A DNA stretch of 64,000 nt from Candidatus Latescibacterota bacterium (GCA_965248435.1 OZ252100.1:1952001-2016000), one strand, 5' to 3'; numbered from the stretch's first letter, positions 19,441-29,645 are shown. The notes: a model not told the origin generated them from the sequence alone. Numbers and translations: made by a program.

Positions 19441-20445
19441 TTAACTTCCAAATTCTCCGAGCACACCGGTAAGCTCCTCTGCCCCTTTACCCATAATGAT
19501 AGAAATGTCCCACTCGAATTCACCCTTTCCGGGTACGATCCCACACGCCTTAACGCCCTCCGCGACATCCAGGCGATCCACCTGAGAAGTAGACGGCTCC
19601 AGGGCAATGTGATGGAGATTATTCCATCCCCCTTCGTTTATCCAAAGGCCGAGAAAGGGAAGCTTCTTCGCGGGAAAGAGAAATCCAATGAACTCGCCGT
19701 TCGGATAAAGCAGAGCACAGCGGCCTTGCTCCATTCGAGTCGTGAAGATCTTTTCGGCCTCTTTGTTTCTGCTAGAACGAAGTGCGCTCCGGTCGTAAGA
19801 CTTATTCAGGGTCAGATCCGTTACCTTCGGCCAATCGTGAAGCGTTTGGGGCGGTCCAAGACGATCCCCGGTGCTCGAATAGGCCACGACATTCGTACCC
19901 TCCGGGATCAAGATCTTGGTTCGGGTTTCGGCTTTGAAAAGCGGATGAAACGCGTATAGAAACGGCATGTCGTAGGGACTCTCGTTAACCACGCGGTAGG
20001 AGAGGCGAATATAGGGCTGGTCCATTCGAGCGAGCATCTCGAAGCTGATGTCGCGCTCAAACACGTAAGGGAACCTCACGCCACGCACACTCATCTGGAC
20101 CCGTCCCGGCTTGACCTGATACTCCCACGGAAGGGTCCAGACTTCCCCGTGGTCCGGTACCCTCACGGCATCCCAGGGAAAGATGGGATAGGGACAGGGA
20201 CCCACCGTGGGGAAACAATCATCCGCTCCGTCCCGCTCGTAATTTTCGAACGAATCTCCATAGGTACGGTGGCGATACGAAATATTTGTTCGAGATAGAA
20301 ACTCACGTTTTGTCTTCTTGTTGAGCAAGGAGATCATTTTCCCGCCGAGTGCGGGCAGAACAGTAAGGGAGAACCTGGTGCTGTCCATCGTGAGTGCCGT
20401 AATATCTGGTTCGAGCTTCTCTTCCTTTACTTTCATCTTGTTCAT
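19441..20445 (-). CDS. Aldose-1-epimerase/galactose-mutarotase-like protein (DUF5107-like)
   Basis: LPALGGKMISL, GADDCFPT, DHGEVW, YAFHP, LGLWINEGGW, IALEP. Confidence 0.75.
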   Translation of the reverse strand: MNKMKVKEEKLEPDITALTMDSTRFSLTVLPALGGKMISLLNKKTKREFLSRTNISYRHRTYGDSFENYERDGADDCFPTVGPCPYPIFPWDAVRVPDHGEVWTLPWEYQVKPGRVQMSVRGVRFPYVFERDISFEMLARMDQPYIRLSYRVVNESPYDMPFLYAFHPLFKAETRTKILIPEGTNVVAYSSTGDRLGPPQTLHDWPKVTDLTLNKSYDRSALRSSRNKEAEKIFTTRMEQGRCALLYPNGEFIGFLFPAKKLPFLGLWINEGGWNNLHHIALEPSTSQVDRLDVAEGVKACGIVPGKGEFEWDISIIMGKGAEELTGVLGEFGS

Positions 20446-20531
20446 GGCAATCTGTCCTTTCCCCGTCAATTAAGATCTAAAGGCATCTCAGATGAAACTC
20501 GACCCTCAGTCATCCGAATCCCAGGGTCCGC

Positions 20532-21392
20532 CTAGGTTCCAACAAAGACATCTTGATAGACCTGCTTCAGAAATTTGAGACCTTCACTCGCAAGCTGCTC
20601 CGGAGAATCCGCCAGCTGCCTCCAGATACAGATCAACTTCGCGATCCGCTCCATAGCCGGATCGAACGATTCGATCGTGATGCATCCGTCATAACTCACA
20701 CTGTTGAGCGCCTCGAAAAAGTCGGTCCAGGGAACAAGCCCTCTCCCGGGTATCCCCCGCTGGTTTTCACAAGCGTGCACGTAGCCGAGGTGCTTGCCCG
20801 CGTCCAACACCGCCTGAGGGATATCATCCTCCTCGCGAATCATGTGAAAGGTATCCAGGTGGACCATGACATTCGACATCCCGACATCCTCTATGAACCT
20901 GACGGCGTCGGAAGCGATGTTGATGAAATGCGATTCGAACCGATTGAGCGGTTCGATGCCAATAATGAGATCTGAGGTCTCCTCTGCATATTCGGCGGCA
21001 GCCCTGCACGCCTCCACGCCCCATTTCCATTCATCCTCAGACCGCATTCTCCCAGACAGGTACCCCCACCCACAGTAGATGGCCCCGCCAAAGACTTTCG
21101 CACCTGCCTCGTTGCTCAGATCGATCAAACGCCTTGAGAAGTCCATCCCGTTCTGGCGGACCTTCGGGTCAGGGGATATGACGTTGTACTCGGGCGGCAT
21201 CCCGTAGCCCGTGTTGATCGTCAGACCCAGGTCGCCGGCGGCCCGTTTCGTCTTCTTGGCTGGAAAATTGTCTGGATCGAAAGGGATGAGCTCGACGGCA
21301 TCGAATCCCATCTTCTTGCATTTATCCAGAACGGGCAGATCCTTCTCTACGAACGTCTCTTTGAACAGGAGAGAATGGATTCCGAATATCAT
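20532..21392 (-). CDS. Sugar phosphate isomerase/epimerase, D-psicose/D-tagatose 3-epimerase family
   Basis: IEPLNRFE, HLDTFHM, VHACENQRGIPGRG, ITIESF. Confidence 0.9.
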   Translation of the reverse strand: MIFGIHSLLFKETFVEKDLPVLDKCKKMGFDAVELIPFDPDNFPAKKTKRAAGDLGLTINTGYGMPPEYNVISPDPKVRQNGMDFSRRLIDLSNEAGAKVFGGAIYCGWGYLSGRMRSEDEWKWGVEACRAAAEYAEETSDLIIGIEPLNRFESHFINIASDAVRFIEDVGMSNVMVHLDTFHMIREEDDIPQAVLDAGKHLGYVHACENQRGIPGRGLVPWTDFFEALNSVSYDGCITIESFDPAMERIAKLICIWRQLADSPEQLASEGLKFLKQVYQDVFVGT

Positions 21393-21428
21393 CTCACATT
21401 CCTAAACTGTTTTGCGGTGACACCCTGA

Positions 21429-22457
21429 CTAGAATTTTCCGTCCCTGCGTTCATACATCGTCGGCTTGTCCAATACCCTCCCGGCATTCATCACCCAGGA
21501 TGCAACCCACAGGGTGACCTGTTCCAGATCGACTCGGGGAGGCCCAAGCAGGGAGATCAACTTATCCGACTTTCCGAGGAATGCCAGCTCACTCTCGGCG
21601 CCCTCGAAGATCGGTTCCACTCCCATCAACTCCCCCAATCGAGTCGCCAGCCGACGGCTCGAAATCGGCTCTGGACCGGTCAGATTGAACACGGGCGGGG
21701 GGCTGTCGCACAATGGGAAGCACCGGGCGAGATAGGCGTTCGCGTCCCCCTGCCAAATCTGGTTCACGTAGCCCGTCGTGAGGTCGATCGGTCTGCGGCG
21801 CCAGACCTTTTGGGCAACGTCCAAAATGATCCCATACCGTAGTTCAGTGGCGTAGAACAGCCGGATAATCACAGCGGGAGTTCGCTGTCGTTCTGAATAG
21901 AAGCCGACCAGCCGCTCCCCGCCCAACCTGGAAGCGGCGTATTCACCTACCGGATCCTCGTCAGAGGTCTCGCTTGCGCCGCCCAACGACACCTGTGTAA
22001 GGCCGTAGACATTCCCTGTCGAAACCAGGACGATCCGCGACCTTGGAAATCGCTGAACGACCTTGGCGGGAAGCAGCGTGTTCGTCGCCCACGTCCCGGG
22101 TTCGTTCCCTGTCGTCCCGAACTTGGACCCGGCCAGGAGGATGATGTGATCTATGTCCGGAAGCGCTTGAAGGCTTTCATCGTCAAGAAGATCGCACAAG
22201 ATCGTACGGACGCCTGCCGCTTCCAACGCCTCCTGAACTCCTGCGGTGGAAAACCTGGAGACCCCGATAACCCCTTTGGCCCCCGCCCGAATCAGCAGCT
22301 CCGCCAGCGATGGACCCATCTTCCCCGCAGCTCCCAGGATCAACACCTCCCCGTCGATCTCGGAGACGGCCTCGACGACCTCCGGGGAAGGCCGTGTCAT
22401 CTGCTCGAGCAGAGCATCTTCTGTTTCCAGTGGCACCCGGGTCAGGCTCGCATCCAT
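21429..22457 (-). CDS. NAD-dependent epimerase/dehydratase
   Basis: ILGAAGKMG Rossmann motif, STGNVY, EYAASRLGGE. Confidence 0.88.
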   Translation of the reverse strand: MDASLTRVPLETEDALLEQMTRPSPEVVEAVSEIDGEVLILGAAGKMGPSLAELLIRAGAKGVIGVSRFSTAGVQEALEAAGVRTILCDLLDDESLQALPDIDHIILLAGSKFGTTGNEPGTWATNTLLPAKVVQRFPRSRIVLVSTGNVYGLTQVSLGGASETSDEDPVGEYAASRLGGERLVGFYSERQRTPAVIIRLFYATELRYGIILDVAQKVWRRRPIDLTTGYVNQIWQGDANAYLARCFPLCDSPPPVFNLTGPEPISSRRLATRLGELMGVEPIFEGAESELAFLGKSDKLISLLGPPRVDLEQVTLWVASWVMNAGRVLDKPTMYERRDGKF

Positions 22458-22789
22458 CGTCCTCAAAGCGCGCCGACCCCCAGCAGGCTTTTTACATAAA
22501 TCAATATTAAACAAATATATATTCCAATAATTGGACCCGAAAACAACCTTCGAATCCTAATATAGAACGCAAACCCGTTCAACACAACCCAAAATTGACC
22601 GACTAGACCCTGAAAATGCTGGACTTGAGTCCCGGAAGGTGCGTCTAAGGGTGTCTATCAGGAGACCTTCAGGCAGGAAAAATACGGAGTGGAGGACCGC
22701 TTAAAGGAGAGGTGAACCGAAACTGATCTTCTATCTTGCACCCTACTCGGTACCCGAACCCCGGTACCCGTGTTTTGTATTCCCGGATT

Positions 22790-24247
22790 CTAATCCAATC
22801 CCAGCCGTTCCCAGATCTGATCTACACGCGCCTTGACCTCGTCGCTCATGACGATCTTTTCGGGCCAGTCTCGGGTGAAGCCCTCCTCAGGCCACTTCCG
22901 CGTCGCGTCGATGCCCATCTTGGACCCGAACGTAAATGATCGGCTCGAGTGGTCCAGCACGTCGATCGGACCCGGGGTGAAATGGACGTCCCGTTTGGGA
23001 TCGATGTTGTTCAACGTCACCCACCAGGCTTCCTTCGCGTCTTGAACATTCACGTCTTTGTCCAGAATAACGATCACCTTGGCCAGCATCATCTGGCCGA
23101 GGCCCCAGAGGCCGTTCATCACTTTATACGCATGCCCAGGATACTGCTTGTCGATCGAAACGAAAACGAGGTTGTGGAAGATTCCTTCCGCCGGCATGTG
23201 ATAATCCTCGATCTCCGGAAGCATCAACTTCATCAGTGGGAGAAAAATCCTTTCGGTGGCGTGCCCCATCCAGAAATCTTCCATGGGAGGCTTGCCGACA
23301 ATAGTGGTCTGGTAGACAGGATTCTTGCGCATCGTCATCGCTGTGACGTGGAATGCGGGATAGTGGTCCGCGAGGGAGTAGAAGCCGGTGTGGTCACCAA
23401 ACGGGCCCTCCCGAACCAGCCTCTCTGTAGGGTCGACATAGCCCTCCAGCACGATTTCAGCTTCGGCCGGCACCTCCAGGTCGACCGTAACACCTTTCAC
23501 GAGCCCCATCGGGCTTCTGCGCAGAAAGCCCGTGAAGATAAATTCGTCGATCGCGGGCGGCAATGGGGCCGTCGCGCTGAATACCGCCGCAGGATCTCCA
23601 CCTAACGCGACCGCGACTTCGAGCCGCTCGCCACGACGCTTTGCAAGCTCGAAATGCCGGGCGCCCACCTTGTGTCGCTGCCAGTGCATCGCCGTCTTGT
23701 TTCTGTCCAAGACCTGCATTCTGTACATGCCGACGTTGCGCACGCCCGTTTCCGGGTCCCGTGTGATCACCAGGGGCATCGTAATGAACGGCCCGCCGTC
23801 CTGGGGCCAGCAGGTCGTCACCGGGAGTCTCCCGAGGTCTACTTCGTCTTCTCTCAGGACAGTTTCCTGACAGACGCCCGAGCGGACCCTCCTGGGGGGA
23901 AAGCTGGTCATCTCCTTGAGCATGGGCAGCATCGCCAGTTTTCCCATCAAGGAATCGGGCACCTCCAGCTTGAGCATAGCCGCAAGGCGGTTCCCGATCT
24001 CATCCAGATCATCCACGCCAAGAGCCATCGACATCCGGCGCCTGGAGCCGAAAAGATTGATGCCGAGGGGGATCTCACTGCCTTTGACGTTCTCGAACAG
24101 CAGTGCCGGACCGCCGTCCCGGCTTTTCATGATCCTGTCTGCAATCTCCGTCACCTCGAGGGTGGGGTCCACCTCTACGCCGATCCGCCTCAACTCGCCT
24201 GAGCGGTCGAGATCGGAGATAAATTCTTGGAGATTCTTATAGGCCAT
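22790..24247 (-). CDS. ubiD: UbiD-family decarboxylase (menaquinone/futalosine-type)
   Basis: GPALLFENV, RNVGMYRMQ, EGPFGDHTGFY, GSKMGIDATRK. Confidence 0.92.
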   Translation of the reverse strand: MAYKNLQEFISDLDRSGELRRIGVEVDPTLEVTEIADRIMKSRDGGPALLFENVKGSEIPLGINLFGSRRRMSMALGVDDLDEIGNRLAAMLKLEVPDSLMGKLAMLPMLKEMTSFPPRRVRSGVCQETVLREDEVDLGRLPVTTCWPQDGGPFITMPLVITRDPETGVRNVGMYRMQVLDRNKTAMHWQRHKVGARHFELAKRRGERLEVAVALGGDPAAVFSATAPLPPAIDEFIFTGFLRRSPMGLVKGVTVDLEVPAEAEIVLEGYVDPTERLVREGPFGDHTGFYSLADHYPAFHVTAMTMRKNPVYQTTIVGKPPMEDFWMGHATERIFLPLMKLMLPEIEDYHMPAEGIFHNLVFVSIDKQYPGHAYKVMNGLWGLGQMMLAKVIVILDKDVNVQDAKEAWWVTLNNIDPKRDVHFTPGPIDVLDHSSRSFTFGSKMGIDATRKWPEEGFTRDWPEKIVMSDEVKARVDQIWERLGLD

Positions 24248-24297
24248 ACGCCTCATATCCTCAGGTGATCATCTCAGATTTCTTGAGAGTGGGATAT

Positions 24298-24918
24298 TCA
24301 GGATCCCTCTCTCTGTCTCCGTTCCAACTCCGCCTGATACTCCTCAGGCGTGTCCAGATCCCGAAGGATTCCCGCATCTTCTTCGGGCAATTCCAAAGTG
24401 TCCTCAGGATGCCCCCGCATGACCGGTTTCAGCCCCTGATCCTCCGACAGGGCCGCAATCTCTTTTCGATATCGGTTCAGGTCCAGCAGCGCCGGATGCC
24501 CTCGCCTTCCCCGATATGTTGGGATCACGATCCCCTTCGCCCCATCTCGATAGGCCGAAACTACACGGCTCACCACCCCAGCCTCGATCTGGGGCTGATC
24601 CGCCAGCGCGATCAGGGCCGCGTCGGCCGAGCCGGGGAGTGCGGAAATCCCGGAACGAACGCTGGACAGCATTCCCTTCGGATAGTCGGAGTTCAGGCTG
24701 AATCGCACGTTGCGGCCGGCCAGGCTCTCCCGCACCAGTTCGGCACGATGTCCAAGGACCACGACGATCCCGTCCAAATCGGCCGAAAGCAGTGCATCTA
24801 CGACGGACTGAAGGATGGTCTTTTCACCGAAGGGGAGCAGCTGCTTGGGTGACCCCATTCTGGAGGAGATCCCGGCGGCGAGGACAATCGCATAGACTTG
24901 CTTGGGACCCACGGCCAT
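24298..24918 (-). CDS. MocA/MobA-like nucleotidyltransferase
   Basis: AIVLAAGISSRMGSPKQLL, GMLSSV, LADQP, RRGHP, DLDTPEEY. Confidence 0.88.
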   Translation of the reverse strand: MAVGPKQVYAIVLAAGISSRMGSPKQLLPFGEKTILQSVVDALLSADLDGIVVVLGHRAELVRESLAGRNVRFSLNSDYPKGMLSSVRSGISALPGSADAALIALADQPQIEAGVVSRVVSAYRDGAKGIVIPTYRGRRGHPALLDLNRYRKEIAALSEDQGLKPVMRGHPEDTLELPEEDAGILRDLDTPEEYQAELERRQREGS

Positions 24919-25077
24919 AGGGCTATAGTATAACAAAAAGCTTGAGGGCGAACCATAAATTAGGGTTACACAACCACATACAGGAATGATAGTGCAAAAA
25001 GGCCAGTTTATGGCCCTCGTAACCGACGAAATAAGCCCTTGTATATTTTTATCTTGCATCCCCAAACGACAAACAAA

Positions 25078-25160
25078 GCATGGGGTTCGGGCGGGCTGTG
25101 ATTGAGAGGGATGGAGGTCCCAGAGGGCGACCGGCGTTCCCACCGGTCACTGACCCCTGC
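25078..25160 (-). ncRNA. Candidate structured small RNA
   Basis: Minus strand: 10-bp stem GUGACCGGUG/CGCCGGUCGC with two G-U pairs and a GGAA tetraloop, a second hairpin GGGA-CCUCCA-UCCC, a closing stem, then a U-rich tail. Confidence 0.4.
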
Positions 25161-25254
25161 GTAAATGCTCGTAAGTTGCACTTTTGCTCAATACACAATA
25201 TGGCATAACCCCCATAAAATCAATAGGTTTTTCCTGAAATAGTATTCATTTATC

Positions 25255-25282
25255 TTGACATTTCAATTCTAGAGATTAAATT
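25255..25282 (+). promoter_or_regulatory. Possible sigma70 promoter
   Basis: TTGACA-N16-TAAATT in an AT-rich region upstream of the zinc-finger gene. Confidence 0.45.
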
Positions 25283-25344
25283 TTTCCAGATTCATTCAAG
25301 TCTTCGCGTAGAAGAAGCCCATAAACGGAGCAGAAACAGCGGCC

Positions 25345-25584
25345 TTGCATTGCGAAAGTTGTGGAGAACGTGCGGTAACCCGTGCCGTGACGCGCGTAAG
25401 TGGTGGCGAAAAAAGGGTTTACTATTGGTGTGATCCTTGTGCCGATGCAGAGGAACGGGAACCTGCCCCACTAACCAGGCCTTGCGAGCAGTGCGGTCAG
25501 AAGGAAGGAACGGTTAAGCTGACCCGGATGAGGGAGGGATATCGAACCGTCTCATACCTCTGCGAGGCCTGCGCGTCGAGTTAG
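25345..25584 (+). CDS. Small tandem zinc-finger protein (two McsA/ClpE N-terminal-like CxxC...CxxC units)
   Basis: CESC...WCDPC and CEQC...LCEAC form an internal duplication. TTG start. Confidence 0.7.
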   Translation: MHCESCGERAVTRAVTRVSGGEKRVYYWCDPCADAEEREPAPLTRPCEQCGQKEGTVKLTRMREGYRTVSYLCEACASS

Positions 25585-25612
25585 TGTCAAGCTTTTTAGG
25601 CTGGGGAAACCC

Positions 25613-26332
25613 GTGGAAGAAAACCGGACAGTTCTCGTCGTCGATGACGATCCAGATTTCCTGAGAGGAATCTCCGATACCCTCGGAAGAGAGGGCTACG
25701 AGGTCGTCACGGCCCGAATCTGGACCGAGGCGATCGCCGGAATCCAGGAGAAGACCCCGGACCTGGTCCTTCTCGACCTCACCCTGCGTACAGTGAGGGG
25801 CGAAACCTTGCTTCAGTTTATCCGTGAGCTGGACGAGCATCTCCCGGTTGTCATCGTCTCCGCGGAATTCGACGAGGATCATCTGGCCAGGCTCGGGGCA
25901 CGGGGATTTGTGCGAAAACCGTTTCAGGAGGATGACCTCATACTCGTTATCGAACAGGTCCTTGCTGAACACCCTGCCCCTCCCCTCGAGCACGCCCCCG
26001 CGCCAGCTGCGACGCTTGAGTCCGAGGCAGGAAGCGCGCCTGAGGTGCCGCCCTTGCCGAGCGGGCAGACTCCTTCTCCGCCGCCGGCTCCAGCTGTGTT
26101 GCCAGGGACGGGCGCAGGGATTTCGGAACGTCAGCGTCAGACTGAAATCACCAGACCACAAAGCCGAAGAAGGCGAACCGGAAAACGCCACAGCTCTTTC
26201 GCAAAAGGCTTCCGTGGATATGCACTCGCCTTCGTTCTTTGCCTGCTGATTGGCCTTTTGTTCTGGGTCGTCAGACAAACGTTTTCTGTCGGATTTTTCG
26301 GCGTTAGTGTCACCAAAACTACAACAGAGTGA
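25613..26332 (+). CDS. Response regulator with Pro-rich linker and C-terminal TM helix
   Basis: VVDDD, LVLLDL, VSA, RKPF, then a Pro/Ala-rich linker, an Arg cluster and YALAFVLCLLIGLLFWVV. Confidence 0.8.
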   Translation: MEENRTVLVVDDDPDFLRGISDTLGREGYEVVTARIWTEAIAGIQEKTPDLVLLDLTLRTVRGETLLQFIRELDEHLPVVIVSAEFDEDHLARLGARGFVRKPFQEDDLILVIEQVLAEHPAPPLEHAPAPAATLESEAGSAPEVPPLPSGQTPSPPPAPAVLPGTGAGISERQRQTEITRPQSRRRRTGKRHSSFAKGFRGYALAFVLCLLIGLLFWVVRQTFSVGFFGVSVTKTTTE

Positions 26333-26347
26333 CGTCTGGTTTCCCAT

Positions 26348-29300
26348 ATGAATTCTAGAAAGTTCGTTAACCCTCCCGCAGAATTCCGCCTCGTGCCCTT
26401 CTGGTTCTGGAACGGGGCCGTGGAAGAGGGAGAGATCCTCCGGCAGATCCGGGAGATGCGCGAGAAAGGTGTCGGCGGTTTTTGTTTGGCCGCTCGCCCG
26501 GGCCTGCGTCTGCCATACCTCTCCCAGGTGTGGTTCGATCGGGTTCAGCTGGCCGTAGAAACTGCGGCATCTCTTGGTCTGCGGGTGTGGCTTCACGATG
26601 AGTTTCCTTTTCCTGGTGGCATGAGCTCGGAAAGAGTCGCGCTGGGGAATCCAGACCACCGTGCCCAATATCTCATCTTTGAAGAAACGACCGTGCAGGG
26701 TGGACAGCAGGTGGACATGCTGTTGCCGTGGGCGACGGTGCTGCGCGCGATCGCGATACCCCTCAGACGAGACCGCAGTCTGTGGGATGAGGCCCTCGAT
26801 ATCAGAACCCACATCGGTTCTCATCATCGACAGGAGGTCTTTCGGGAATCAAACAAGACAGATGGATATCACGGCAAGCAATACTTTACTCAGGACGCCG
26901 TGCATAGACTGTTTTGGAAAGCTCCCGCAGGACGCTGGCGGGTCCTCGTCTTCCTCCAGAAGGAGTTTGAAACCCCGCAATTCTCGGGGACGCACTTCGA
27001 CGCCTTCAACCGGGAAGCCGTTGATTGTTTCCTGGAGACGACATTCGGACCCTACGCGGAGTCGATCGGAAAGCACTTTGGCAGAACGGTCTCTACCGTT
27101 CTGACGACGGAAACGGTAGAGAGGGAAGATCGTTTGCTCTGGTCCCCTCTCCTTCCACAAATCTTCCGGGAGCGCAACGGCTATGACCTCCTCGACAGTC
27201 TTCCCGGCCTGATCACAGGGTTTGGTCAGAATACGCCTCGAATACGCTACGACTATTTTCAGACCTTGAGTGAATTGATTCGGGACAATTATCACGGGGC
27301 CTGTCAGGATTGGGCTGCCCAGCATAAAGTCAACTATGCGAGCGCTGTACCCGTCCTCAGAAACGCGCATCAGACACGCATCCATCTCCCGGGGAGCAGC
27401 GGCGGCAGGGAAAAGATCGGGGCCCTGGAGATAAAGGGGAGCAACGGAAGTGCGTCTGTATACCGTTGGAACCCCAAATTTTCCGCCTCCCTGGCACACC
27501 AGACCAAACTGCAACGCGTCTTCAACACCTCCTATCAGGGCACAGGCTGGTCCTTGACCCTCCAGGACATGAAGTGGATCGCCGACCGACTGGCATCCCA
27601 GGGTTGCAACCTGTTCACGGCGTATGGTTTTTCCTACACGCTGGATGGACTGCGCAAACACGATACCCCGCCCTCCCAGTTCCACCAGAATCCCTACTGG
27701 AAACACTTCAGGCTCTTTGCCGACTATGTCGGCCGGCTCTCCTTCATACTTTCCCAGGGTCAACACGTCGCGGACATCGCACTCCTGGACCCGGTCACCA
27801 GCTTGTGGACTCACCTTTGTCACCCGGACCTGGGCTGGCAATATGTGGGATCGGATCCTGACGAGAAGAAACTGGCAACGCGCCTGGCTGGAGACTGGAC
27901 CTATCTGATGGATTCACTCAGCCGCATGCAACGAGGTTACGACTGTCTGGACCCCGAAATGTTGGGCAACGCCAGGGTGTCCGGCGGTCGCCTGAAGGTG
28001 GGACCGGCCTCTTACGAGGCCCTCGTGATTCCCCCTATCGCGAATCTCGAACCTCAAGCTTTTGAGCGTATCCGTCAATTTTACAACGCGGGCGGCAAAG
28101 TGATATGCCTGGGGCTGTTGCCCGTGGAGGACATTCAGGAGGAACCGTCCGTAGTCGAGGCCTTTTCCCGGATGACCGACATGGAACCGAGTCGGATGAT
28201 CCGGGATTACAGTGGACACGAATTAGGCGTACACGTCATCCAGCGCGGAAACCTCTACTTTATTCGAACCGGCGGTTCTATCGAAACAAATCGTGCGGCG
28301 AGGGTGCTGGGAGACCTCCTCGATCGGATTTTGCCTCGGCGCGTGACCGTAGAGACAGACAAGCGATACAGCTCTTCCATCCTTTGCCAACACCGTAAGG
28401 AAGAAAACGGGGAAATCTTCTTCCTCACGAATACATCTCAGGTTGCCTTCGACTCCAGAATCGGATTTCGAGTGCCGACCAAATTCAAGAACGTCGAGCG
28501 GTGGGATCTGGAATCCGGCCGGCGTTATCCCATGCCATATAAGCGTGAGGGAAGGCAGGTCAGAATCGATCTCCTATTCCAGCGCTTTGAGTCTCTCGTC
28601 ATTGTGTTCTCGGAGGAGAAGCCGCCGAAGCCGGTCGCCAAAGAGGACGTCGAGCAGCTCCCCCTCGACCTGGCAGGCACGTGGAAGGTCGATCCGGAGG
28701 AGGACAACTGCCTCAGGCTGGACCGGTTCCACATGCAGGTCGACCTCAAGAACAACGGAGTCAGACAGGGATGGCACAAACCCGAATTTTCAGACCGTCG
28801 TTGGTTTACGGCAGAACCCAAACCGTTCGTTGAGCAGATGCAGGGGCTATCGACACTGCCCAGCCTGCCATTCGACTTTTCCTCCGATGACCTTACGTCA
28901 AGAACTCGAATCAATCTTCCATTGGTCTGTTGGTTTCGTACCACTTTCACGTGCGACACGATACCTGCGAAGCTCGCTCTGGTCATGGACAGAAATGCCA
29001 TTCTTGGCAACTACCAGGTATACCTTAACGGATACAAGCAACCGAGCAATGCGTTCCGACCCACCTTCAGATACGATCACGCCAACGTGACCTGTGCAGT
29101 TGGGAGACGGGTTTTGAGAGGGAAGAACGTCCTGGCGGTGCGAGTTGAAATCGATGACCTTACTCACGGATTGGTTGACCCCCTCTTTCTTTTCGGGCGC
29201 TTCGCTGTAAAGCGGGGACGAACGACACACCTGCGACTGGCCGCAACGGTCGACCAGGGTCCCTTTAATCGTCTGGATGATCTGGGGCTGCCGTTTTATT

Positions 29301-29596
29301 CCGGAACCGTCGCCTACACCAGGGATATCGTCTTTCCCAGTCTCTCAAATACGAAAGAGTTTACTATCTCTCTGGAAAAAGAACTGAAGGGCCTGACGGA
29401 CATCTTCGAGCTCCAGATCAATGGCCACTCTCTGGGCGTACGCCCCTGGGCTCCCTATGCCTGGACGGGAAAGACAGCCTGGCTTAAGCGCGGCAAGAAT
29501 CGCGTGATTCTCAGATCCACGAATACGCTCGCCCGCCTCCTTACAGGCAAGGAATTCAAACCCAGATCGCACCGGATGATGCCGGTAAAGGTCTAA
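26348..29596 (+). CDS. Large GH106-like (alpha-L-rhamnosidase-like) glycoside hydrolase family protein
   Basis: FVNPPAEFRLVPFWFWNG, WLHDEFPFPGG, RYDYFQTL, GLRKHDTPPS, LGLPFYSGTVAY, PWAPY. Confidence 0.8.
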   Translation: MNSRKFVNPPAEFRLVPFWFWNGAVEEGEILRQIREMREKGVGGFCLAARPGLRLPYLSQVWFDRVQLAVETAASLGLRVWLHDEFPFPGGMSSERVALGNPDHRAQYLIFEETTVQGGQQVDMLLPWATVLRAIAIPLRRDRSLWDEALDIRTHIGSHHRQEVFRESNKTDGYHGKQYFTQDAVHRLFWKAPAGRWRVLVFLQKEFETPQFSGTHFDAFNREAVDCFLETTFGPYAESIGKHFGRTVSTVLTTETVEREDRLLWSPLLPQIFRERNGYDLLDSLPGLITGFGQNTPRIRYDYFQTLSELIRDNYHGACQDWAAQHKVNYASAVPVLRNAHQTRIHLPGSSGGREKIGALEIKGSNGSASVYRWNPKFSASLAHQTKLQRVFNTSYQGTGWSLTLQDMKWIADRLASQGCNLFTAYGFSYTLDGLRKHDTPPSQFHQNPYWKHFRLFADYVGRLSFILSQGQHVADIALLDPVTSLWTHLCHPDLGWQYVGSDPDEKKLATRLAGDWTYLMDSLSRMQRGYDCLDPEMLGNARVSGGRLKVGPASYEALVIPPIANLEPQAFERIRQFYNAGGKVICLGLLPVEDIQEEPSVVEAFSRMTDMEPSRMIRDYSGHELGVHVIQRGNLYFIRTGGSIETNRAARVLGDLLDRILPRRVTVETDKRYSSSILCQHRKEENGEIFFLTNTSQVAFDSRIGFRVPTKFKNVERWDLESGRRYPMPYKREGRQVRIDLLFQRFESLVIVFSEEKPPKPVAKEDVEQLPLDLAGTWKVDPEEDNCLRLDRFHMQVDLKNNGVRQGWHKPEFSDRRWFTAEPKPFVEQMQGLSTLPSLPFDFSSDDLTSRTRINLPLVCWFRTTFTCDTIPAKLALVMDRNAILGNYQVYLNGYKQPSNAFRPTFRYDHANVTCAVGRRVLRGKNVLAVRVEIDDLTHGLVDPLFLFGRFAVKRGRTTHLRLAATVDQGPFNRLDDLGLPFYSGTVAYTRDIVFPSLSNTKEFTISLEKELKGLTDIFELQINGHSLGVRPWAPYAWTGKTAWLKRGKNRVILRSTNTLARLLTGKEFKPRSHRMMPVKV

Positions 29597-29645
29597 TCTC
29601 TCTTCAGAACTCCACGCTCTACGCCATTGTCTGGCGCACAAAATT

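Noticed and set aside
22530-22789. Possible structured RNA (6S-like) or small ORF in the intergenic gap, including a CGGTACCCG direct repeat
   Set aside because: The stems are only short and imperfect, the ORFs are tiny, and I see no family signature.
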